Origin: Escherichia coli
Lineage (GTDB): Bacteria; Pseudomonadota; Gammaproteobacteria; Enterobacterales; Enterobacteriaceae
DNA: 64,000 nucleotides
Reading direction: 5' to 3' (one strand)
Assembly (NCBI RefSeq): GCF_003018235.1
Contig: NZ_CP027437.1
The notes under the pieces are model-generated. The model was not told the origin of the DNA. It did not search any database and was given only the letters and a program-made list of their open reading frames with translations. Numbering within the stretch: the stretch's first letter is position 1; every line of letters begins with the position of its first letter. The translations under genes were made by a program, and so were the position numbers. Shown here piece after piece: positions 1 through 7,282 of this stretch.

Positions 1-1
1 T

Positions 2-601
2 ATGCGTAAATTATGTGCAGTTATTTTGTCTGCAGCTGTCTGGCTGGTTGCTGCTGTTGTGCCAGCGGGTGCCGCAGAGTATCAGTCCACACTGAGTGCC
101 GGATATCTTCATGCCCGTTCCGGGATGTCCGGCAGTGATGATTCAGCCGGATTCAATGTGAAATACCGTTATGAATTAACGGACACACTGGGGATGGTGA
201 CGTCATTCAGCTATGCAGGAGACAGGAATTGCCAGCTGACCCGTTACAGCGATACCCGCTGGCATGAGGATTCCGTGCGTAACCGCTGGTTCAGCGTGAT
301 GGCGGGGCCGTCTGTGCGCGTGAATGAATGGTTCAGCGCGTATGCGATGGCGGGTGTTGCTTACAGCCGTGTGTCGACCTTCTCCGGGGATTATCTTCGC
401 GTGACTGACAACAAGGGAAAAACGCACGATGTGCTGACCGGAAGTGATGACGGTCGCCACAGCAACACGTCACCGGCGTGGGGGGCTGGCGTGCAGTTTA
501 ACCCGACCGAATCCGTGGCCATTGATATTGCTTATGAAGGCTCCGGCAGTGGTGACTGGCGCACTGACGGTTTCATTGTGGGTGTCGGTTATAAATTCTG
601 A
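2..601 (+). CDS. lom: Lom/Ail/OmpX-family outer membrane beta-barrel protein (phage lambda Lom homolog)
   Basis: 199 aa, signal peptide, near-identical over long stretches to lambda Lom as I recall it (STLSAGYLHA..., C-terminal FIVGVGYKF). Confidence 0.85.
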   Translation: MRKLCAVILSAAVWLVAAVVPAGAAEYQSTLSAGYLHARSGMSGSDDSAGFNVKYRYELTDTLGMVTSFSYAGDRNCQLTRYSDTRWHEDSVRNRWFSVMAGPSVRVNEWFSAYAMAGVAYSRVSTFSGDYLRVTDNKGKTHDVLTGSDDGRHSNTSPAWGAGVQFNPTESVAIDIAYEGSGSGDWRTDGFIVGVGYKF

Positions 602-628
602 TTAGCCAGGTGACACAGTGTTATGACA

Positions 629-655
629 GCCCGCCGGTTCAGGCGGGCTTTTTTG
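629..655 (+). terminator. Rho-independent terminator after lom
   Basis: GCCCGCC / GGCGGGC stem followed by a TTTTTT run. Confidence 0.7.
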
Positions 656-665
656 TGGGGGGAAT

Positions 666-1859
666 ATGCCAGTACAGATTTCAGGTGTGCTGAAGGATGG
701 TACAGGAAAACCGGTACCGGAGTGCACCATAGAGCTGAAAGCCGTGAGAACCAGTGAGACGGTGGTGGTCACCACGGTGGCGGAGTGTCAGCCGGGGGAA
801 ACAGGCAGTTACAGCATGCAGGTTGAGCCGGGGCGTTATCGTGTGACCCTGTGCGTGGAAGGTCGCCAGCCAGCATATGCCGGAGAGATTGATGTCATGG
901 CAGACGACAAACCGGGTACCCTGAATGCCTTTCTGCTCCGTGAAACGGATGCTGCGTATTACCCTGATGCACTGAAGAAACTGGAAGCGGCGGCGGATGA
1001 GGCTGTGCGCAGGGCGCGGGAAGCTGCTGAGAAAGCGGAAACTGCCGTGGGGCCACAGGGGCCAAAGGGAGATAAAGGCGAGAAGGGGGAGCAGGGGCCA
1101 AAGGGTGATAAGGGAGACACCGGTGCACAGGGGCCGAAGGGAGAAACCGGCGCTAAGGGTGACAAAGGTGATACAGGCCCCGCAGGTCCGAAAGGTGAGC
1201 GGGGCGACCCTGGCGGCCCACAGGGGCCAAAAGGGGATACGGGAGCCGCAGGTCCGGCAGGCCCACAGGGGCCGAAAGGGGATACCGGAGCCACAGGCCC
1301 GGCAGGCCCACAGGGACCAAAAGGAGATACCGGAGCCGCAGGTCCGGCAGGCCCACAGGGACCGAAAGGAGATACAGGAGCCACCGGTCCGGCAGGCCCA
1401 CAGGGACCGAAAGGAGATACGGGGGCCGCAGGCCCGGCAGGCCCACCGGGACCGAAAGGAGATACCGGAGCCACTGGTCCGGCAGGCCCACTGGGACCGA
1501 AAGGGGATACGGGAGCCACCGGTCCGGCAGGTCCGCAGGGGCCGAAAGGCGATACCGGAGCCACCGGTCCGGCAGGTCCGCAGGGTCCGGCGGGAAGTTC
1601 TGACAGCGGGTTGTTTGGCGTCGGTTCTTTTGTTCTTGCAGCGTATTACCCGACGAGTTACTCGGGGGACATGCCACCGGGCACAACTGTTGCCGGGTCA
1701 TCACTGTCTGCATGCTGCCTTTCGAATGGTACTCCCCTGATTGCGTCCGGTAATGTGGGGGAAACCCGTTTACCGGGGACGTGGCGTGCATGTGGTCCGT
1801 TAATATGGACATCTGCTGCGGGTATCAGACAGGCAGGATTATTTCAGCGCATATCATGA
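666..1859 (+). CDS. stf: Phage side tail fiber protein: lambda Stf-like N-terminal domain, central collagen-like Gly-X-Y region, short C-terminal domain
   Basis: N-terminus [17 protein letters not shown]... resembles lambda Stf; long [11 protein letters not shown] Gly-X-Y repeats; GGGGG Shine-Dalgarno before the ATG. Confidence 0.8.
   Translation: MPVQISGVLKDGTGKPVPECTIELKAVRTSETVVVTTVAECQPGETGSYSMQVEPGRYRVTLCVEGRQPAYAGEIDVMADDKPGTLNAFLLRETDAAYYPDALKKLEAAADEAVRRAREAAEKAETAVGPQGPKGDKGEKGEQGPKGDKGDTGAQGPKGETGAKGDKGDTGPAGPKGERGDPGGPQGPKGDTGAAGPAGPQGPKGDTGATGPAGPQGPKGDTGAAGPAGPQGPKGDTGATGPAGPQGPKGDTGAAGPAGPPGPKGDTGATGPAGPLGPKGDTGATGPAGPQGPKGDTGATGPAGPQGPAGSSDSGLFGVGSFVLAAYYPTSYSGDMPPGTTVAGSSLSACCLSNGTPLIASGNVGETRLPGTWRACGPLIWTSAAGIRQAGLFQRIS
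1215..1583 (+). repeat. Tandem 45-bp (15-aa, [11 protein letters not shown][A/T]GPA) collagen-like repeats, 8 full units plus a partial unit, inside the tail fiber gene; the wider Gly-X-Y region spans about 1053..1595
   Basis: Direct reading of in-frame repeat units with synonymous and A/T variation between copies. Confidence 0.85.
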
Positions 1860-1869
1860 GGAGGTCAGG

Positions 1870-2475
1870 GTGGATAAGGGAAAAGAGATTCTTGCAGTAC
1901 GAAATGCCGGTTACAACGAATACGGCGGTATAAACTGTGAGGTGCAGTTTGAAGGCGCGGTGAATGAAAAAGGTGAAGCGTTATGGCTGCCATATACGGC
2001 AACGGAAACGGATAATACTGAACACGGAAAAGCATTATGGTCTGGTCTGACAGCAGGAAAGTACGGAGATGTGACCGCCTTTGCTGCCACGGAAGCTGTT
2101 CTTGAGGCGGCAAAATCGGTGAAAAGGGAGGAGATTAATCTCTGGCGGGACGTGCAGGAAAATATGGAATACGTGATGGAATTCAACGGAAGAAAATGGG
2201 ATTACGGCAAGAAGACATTGTCCAGGATAAGCACGACGCGCCTGATGGCGGAAAAAAACAGTCTTCCGGAAGGATTTGCGTGGACGGATGGTGAAAATAA
2301 TGTGGTGCCGGTGACGGCGGCGGAAGTTATCGCGCTGTCGGATGCGATAGAGAAGGCGATGTTTGCGAAGGGGGTGGAGATTAACACCAGACAGTTGCAG
2401 ATGAAAGCAGAGGTTGAGGCGCTGACAGAGCTGAAGTCCATCAGAAGTTATGTTGTTGGCTGGCCTGCCAGTTGA
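1870..2475 (+). CDS. Prophage protein in the tail fiber assembly (tfa) position, function unassigned; GTG start
   Basis: 201-aa ORF immediately after stf with a GAGGAGG Shine-Dalgarno; lambda gene order; no confident similarity to lambda Tfa from memory. Confidence 0.45.
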   Translation: MDKGKEILAVRNAGYNEYGGINCEVQFEGAVNEKGEALWLPYTATETDNTEHGKALWSGLTAGKYGDVTAFAATEAVLEAAKSVKREEINLWRDVQENMEYVMEFNGRKWDYGKKTLSRISTTRLMAEKNSLPEGFAWTDGENNVVPVTAAEVIALSDAIEKAMFAKGVEINTRQLQMKAEVEALTELKSIRSYVVGWPAS

Positions 2476-3135
2476 ATAAAAAAAGCGGGGCCACCCCCGG
2501 GCCCCGACATAACGAAGTATCAGATGTTTATAATTATTAGCTTACTAACTGTGCCATATCAGAATACTGCAGGAAGTGATGTTGTTATCATTTTTGCAAG
2601 CAGGGCGTTTCTGGAGGGAATCGATTGGTGATGGAGTGTGCAATGATGAAGGGAATAAGCCTCTGCAAAACAAAAAAAGACTTTAACAAAATCAAGCTCG
2701 CTTAGTGGCGCATCTGCCCGTATCCGCACCAGTCGTCCGGAAAATGATTCAAACACCGGGCGGCAAAAGTATTACCAGTGTAGCAACCTGGAATGCGGCG
2801 TATGCTTCTCAACTCTGGCAGCTTTCCATAAATTCACATCGAAACACGCTTCCGGCGTTCACTCTTCAGAAGGTATCCCGTGGCATGAACTGCCAGCTTC
2901 ACACTGGTGAAACAATCAGATGACTTTTCCTTTACCTCAAATTAACAGGCAGAATTGCCGGAGTAACAAAAAAACGATAGATTACGCGCGGGTGCCTTTC
3001 GGCTGATGGTCGGAGGGAATACCCGAAGGCCAGATGTGGAAAGGCCCCGGAAAACACTTTTGTTTAACCGAGGCCCTAACCGTCTACCCTAAGCAAGTGA
3101 TAGGTTAGCGCCTCCCCGAAAAAGGAGCAAGCGCT

Positions 3136-3276
3136 ATGTCGCAAAAATCGCTGATCGCCATCACGCTCTGCGTGACAGCAACCCTCATCATCTGGATATT
3201 GCACGGTTCGCTGTGTGAGATACGGATGAGTTTCTGGGGAGCGGAGTTTGCGGCGTTCTTACAGTGTAAGCAGTAA
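3136..3276 (+). CDS. Hok/Gef-family type I toxin-like small membrane protein (46 aa: MSQKSLIAITLCVTATLIIWILHGSLCEIRMSFWGAEFAAFLQCKQ)
   Basis: Not in the ORF track (under 60 aa). N-terminal transmembrane helix followed by the Hok signature SLCEIR ... E.AAF, closest in my memory to HokA and Hok of plasmid R1; AAAGGAG Shine-Dalgarno 7 nt upstream. Confidence 0.6.
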   Translation: MSQKSLIAITLCVTATLIIWILHGSLCEIRMSFWGAEFAAFLQCKQ

Positions 3277-3417
3277 GGAGACCGCGACGGGGGAGTAATC
3301 CCCCGTCAATCGGTTGTCAGGGTAAGGTCGAAGTGGCACCCAAATTTAAATAGAGGCCCACCAGTAAGAGTAAGAGCGGTGGGCTTAGCACTTGTTTAAA
3401 TTTGAAAGGAATTCTTT

Positions 3418-3714
3418 ATGAGTGAAATGGTATTTTGTCGCGGCTGCGGCAAGGAAATACATAAAAATGCCATATCTTGCCCCAATTGTGGAGCACCTCA
3501 AAGAACAGCAAGTTCAAAAAGCAGGATTACAGCTGCACTACTGGCTTTCTTTTTTGGTGGTCTCGGTGCACACAAATTTTATTTAGGTAAAGTGGGACAA
3601 GGATTTCTTTATCTTATTTTTTGCTGGACATTCATTCCGGCAATCGTGGCTTTTATTGAGTTTATTATCTATCTATGCACCTCAGATGAAGATTTCGCCC
3701 GCAAATATGGCTGA
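3418..3714 (+). CDS. Small membrane protein with an N-terminal zinc ribbon (CxxC-N11-CxxC) and a TM2 domain (GGLGAHKFYLGK motif)
   Basis: 98-aa ORF with AAGGA Shine-Dalgarno; motif reading only. Confidence 0.6.
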   Translation: MSEMVFCRGCGKEIHKNAISCPNCGAPQRTASSKSRITAALLAFFFGGLGAHKFYLGKVGQGFLYLIFCWTFIPAIVAFIEFIIYLCTSDEDFARKYG

Positions 3715-3739
3715 CATCTAGCGGACGAATCAGAATGAC

Positions 3740-3770
3740 AAACCCGCAACCCGCAGCGTAAAAACTGCGG
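3740..3770 (+). terminator. Rho-independent terminator after the TM2-domain gene
   Basis: CCCGCAG / CTGCGGG stem followed by TTTTCTTTT. Confidence 0.7.
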
Positions 3771-3960
3771 GTTTTCTTTTGCTACCCATCACGAATGAGG
3801 GCACCATAAAGAAAGCCCACAGCATAGTGGTTGCGGGCTTTTTACATTCAAAGATGGACGTTTTATGGACATTGAAAGTTTAAATCCTTTAACTTTCAAC
3901 TGGTTGATGCTAATTTTAACGCACCCGAAGGCGCGTTGGCGATACACTCAATATAAAGGA

Positions 3961-4356
<396 letters not shown>

Positions 4357-4523
4357 TCAAAATGTGTGATGGAAATCTCATAATTTTGTCACTTTTTGTC
4401 AACGAATCTTTTTTGTGAGAAATCGCAGGAAGAGGTGTTTTTTTACTTGAGGAATATCTCAAAGCGAGCCATATTTGATGAGATCGATAGTGACTAAATC
4501 GCTTCAGTTTCACAACTAACAGA

Positions 4524-4556
4524 ATAAAAAAACGGCAGCTCAAGGGCTGCCGTTTT
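4524..4556 (-). terminator. Bidirectional hairpin terminator downstream of bamD
   Basis: ACGGCAGC / GCTGCCGT stem flanked by an A-run and a T-run. Confidence 0.6.
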
Positions 4557-4572
4557 GTGTTTCAGGTTTTTG

Positions 4573-5310
4573 TTATGTATTGCTGCTGTTTGCAGCGATG
4601 ATTTTCGCTACTTTTTCAGCTTGCGCATTCATCTGCATCTGACGGTATGCATTTTCCATCAGCGGCAGCGCATCACGCGTCGCCTGGGTATCCGGGTAGT
4701 CGCGCAACATGCCTTCTACGCGGTTAACGACGGCAACCCATGCACCACGTTCTGTATAGTACTCGGCAACGGAGTATTCATATTTCGCCAGACGATCTTT
4801 CAGGAATACCAGACGTTTGGTGGCATCGGTGGTGTACTGACTGTTCGGATAGCCGCGCACCAGTTTGGAAAAGTCACTAAACGCAGCTCGTGCATGTTGA
4901 GGATCGCGATCGCTACGGTCAACGCCAAAGAACCCTTGCAGCGCACTGTCATCGAGCGCCATATTGGTCAGGCCACGCATGTACATGACATAATCGATAT
5001 TCGGATGGGTCGGGTTAAGGCGAATAAAACGATCGATGGCAGCCTGTGCTAACGGCAAATCGGCGTTTTTATAGTAGGCGTAGATGAGATCCAGCTGCAC
5101 CTGCTGCGAATATGGACCAAACGGATAGCGATTATCTAACGCTTCCAGTTGCGTTATTGCCTGTCTCCAGTTACCGTCCTGCAGCTTTTGTTGTGCAGTC
5201 GCGTAAATTTCATTTGGCGGATTATCAGGTACTTCTTCCTTTGACCCCGAGCAACCCGCCAAAAACAGGCTTAGTGTGGCGGCTGCCACCAGATATTTCA
5301 TGCGCGTCAT
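4573..5310 (-). CDS. bamD: Outer membrane protein assembly factor BamD (lipoprotein, TPR-like)
   Basis: 245 aa with lipobox LAGC. Confidence 0.95.
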
Positions 5311-5444
5311 GACGTTTTGACTTTCCTCAAAATGTAATACGGGAGATTCTCTGTTCCTGCTCCCGGTTAAGACCAGCTACAATAGCACACTATATTAAAC
5401 GGCAAAGCCGTAAAACCCCAACGATAAACGAAGAAGCAGTATAT

Positions 5445-6425
5445 ATGGCACAACGAGTACAGCTCACTGCAACGGTGTCCGAAAACCAACTCGGTCAACG
5501 CTTAGATCAGGCTTTGGCCGAAATGTTCCCGGATTATTCACGTTCGCGGATAAAAGAATGGATCCTCGACCAGCGCGTGCTGGTTAACGGCAAAGTTTGT
5601 GATAAGCCGAAAGAAAAAGTATTGGGTGGCGAGCAGGTTGCCATCAACGCAGAGATTGAAGAAGAAGCGCGTTTTGAACCGCAGGATATCCCGCTGGATA
5701 TCGTCTATGAAGATGAAGACATCATCGTCATTAATAAACCGCGCGACCTGGTGGTTCATCCTGGCGCGGGTAACCCGGATGGCACGGTACTGAATGCGTT
5801 GCTTCATTACTATCCGCCCATTGCCGATGTACCGCGTGCGGGCATCGTCCATCGTCTGGATAAAGACACCACTGGCCTGATGGTTGTGGCAAAAACCGTT
5901 CCGGCTCAGACGCGTTTAGTCGAATCTTTGCAACGGCGTGAAATTACTCGTGAGTATGAAGCGGTGGCAATTGGTCATATGACCGCTGGCGGTACAGTAG
6001 ATGAACCAATCAGCCGCCACCCGACCAAACGTACTCACATGGCGGTACATCCCATGGGCAAACCGGCGGTCACTCACTATCGCATCATGGAACACTTCCG
6101 TGTGCACACGCGTCTGCGGTTGCGTCTGGAAACCGGACGTACGCACCAGATCCGCGTGCATATGGCCCATATCACTCATCCGCTGGTGGGCGATCCGGTT
6201 TATGGTGGCCGTCCGCGTCCGCCAAAAGGTGCTTCGGAAGCGTTTATCTCCACGCTGCGTAAGTTTGACCGCCAGGCGCTTCATGCAACCATGTTGCGTC
6301 TTTATCACCCAATCTCCGGCATCGAAATGGAATGGCATGCGCCTATTCCACAAGATATGGTGGAGCTGATTGAGGTGATGCGCGCCGATTTCGAAGAGCA
6401 TAAGGATGAAGTGGACTGGTTATGA
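5445..6425 (+). CDS. rluD: 23S rRNA pseudouridine synthase RluD
   Basis: 326 aa, S4 domain plus pseudouridine synthase motif HRLDKDTTG. Confidence 0.95.
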   Translation: MAQRVQLTATVSENQLGQRLDQALAEMFPDYSRSRIKEWILDQRVLVNGKVCDKPKEKVLGGEQVAINAEIEEEARFEPQDIPLDIVYEDEDIIVINKPRDLVVHPGAGNPDGTVLNALLHYYPPIADVPRAGIVHRLDKDTTGLMVVAKTVPAQTRLVESLQRREITREYEAVAIGHMTAGGTVDEPISRHPTKRTHMAVHPMGKPAVTHYRIMEHFRVHTRLRLRLETGRTHQIRVHMAHITHPLVGDPVYGGRPRPPKGASEAFISTLRKFDRQALHATMLRLYHPISGIEMEWHAPIPQDMVELIEVMRADFEEHKDEVDWL

Positions 6426-7153
6426 GTAAGCTGATTGTCCCGCAGTGGCCGCTGCCAAAAGGTGTTGCGGCCTGTAGCTCCACTCGTATCGGCGGCGTGA
6501 GCTTGCCCCCGTATGACTCGCTCAACCTCGGTGCTCATTGTGGCGATAACCCGGATCACGTTGAGGAGAATCGTAAGCGACTTTTTGCTGCGGGCAATTT
6601 GCCTTCAAAACCGGTCTGGCTTGAGCAGGTACACGGCAAAGATGTGCTTAAGCTTACTGGCGAACCTTATGCCTCAAAACGAGCAGATGCCTCTTATAGC
6701 AACACGCCGGGCACGGTTTGCGCAGTGATGACTGCCGACTGCCTCCCCGTGCTGTTTTGCAATCGAGCGGGAACGGAAGTCGCCGCCGCTCATGCTGGCT
6801 GGCGTGGACTGTGCTCAGGCGTGCTGGAAGAGACGGTTTCCTGTTTTGCTGATAATCCGGAAAATATTCTCGCCTGGTTAGGGCCGGCAATTGGTCCACG
6901 CGCGTTTGAAGTGGGGGCGGAGGTTCGCGAGGCGTTTATGGCAGTAGACGCCAAAGCGAGTACAGCTTTCATTCAGCATGGTGATAAGTATCTGGCGGAT
7001 ATTTATCTCCTTGCCCGGCAGCGTCTGGCGAACGTCGGTGTCGAACAAATTTTCGGCGGTGACCGTTGTACATATACGGAAAATGAGACTTTCTTCTCTT
7101 ATCGTCGCGACAAGACCACCGGTCGTATGGCAAGTTTCATTTGGCTGATATAA
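6422..7153 (+). CDS. yfiH: YfiH/PgeF family protein (purine nucleoside phosphorylase-like, peptidoglycan editing factor)
   Basis: 243 aa; ATGA start/stop overlap with rluD. Confidence 0.9.
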   Translation: MSKLIVPQWPLPKGVAACSSTRIGGVSLPPYDSLNLGAHCGDNPDHVEENRKRLFAAGNLPSKPVWLEQVHGKDVLKLTGEPYASKRADASYSNTPGTVCAVMTADCLPVLFCNRAGTEVAAAHAGWRGLCSGVLEETVSCFADNPENILAWLGPAIGPRAFEVGAEVREAFMAVDAKASTAFIQHGDKYLADIYLLARQRLANVGVEQIFGGDRCTYTENETFFSYRRDKTTGRMASFIWLI

Positions 7154-7215
7154 CCTAAAGAATCAAGACGATCCGGTACGCGTGATTTTCTTTTCACATT
7201 AATCTGGTCAATAAC

Positions 7216-7243
7216 CTTGAATAATTGAGGGATGACCTCATTT
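7216..7243 (+). promoter_or_regulatory. Sigma32 heat-shock promoter of clpB (-35 CTTGAA, -10 CCTCATTT)
   Basis: Motif match to the sigma32 consensus, about 40 nt upstream of the clpB start. Confidence 0.6.
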
Positions 7244-7282
7244 AATCTCCAGTAGCAACTTTGATCCGTTATGGGAGGAGTT

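Larger units (their letters stand above)
1..3775. mobile_element. Lambdoid prophage right-arm remnant (lom - stf - tfa-position gene - small accessory cassette); right boundary not resolved, lies between 3715 and 3960
   Basis: Lambda-like order Lom / Stf N-terminus / tfa-position ORF. From memory, K-12 has pheL-pheA directly downstream of raiA, and no pheL leader peptide coding sequence was found on either strand here. Confidence 0.55.

Noticed and set aside
1215-1583. Possible CRISPR array suggested by regularly spaced repeats
   Set aside because: The repeats are contiguous 45-bp in-frame coding units with no unique spacers, and there are no cas genes; this is a collagen-like protein repeat.
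959-1812. Long ORFs on both strands (959..1564 -, 1153..1812 -, 997..1740 +, 895..1128 -) overlapping the tail fiber gene
   Set aside because: They are produced by the GC-rich collagen-like repeat, are proline/alanine or arginine-rich low-complexity translations, and lack ribosome-binding sites; these are shadow ORFs.
2559-2923. ORFs 2559..2756 (-) and 2705..2923 (+) in the gap before the hok-like gene
   Set aside because: They overlap each other, have no Shine-Dalgarno, and no motif I recognise; treated as non-coding pending transcript data.
2991-3340. Hok-type mRNA fold-back: GGTGCC at 2991..2996 complementary to GGCACC at 3335..3340
   Set aside because: A single 6-bp complement about 340 nt apart is expected by chance at appreciable frequency and the extended pairing is poor; this is not adequate evidence for a tac/fbi-like long-range structure.
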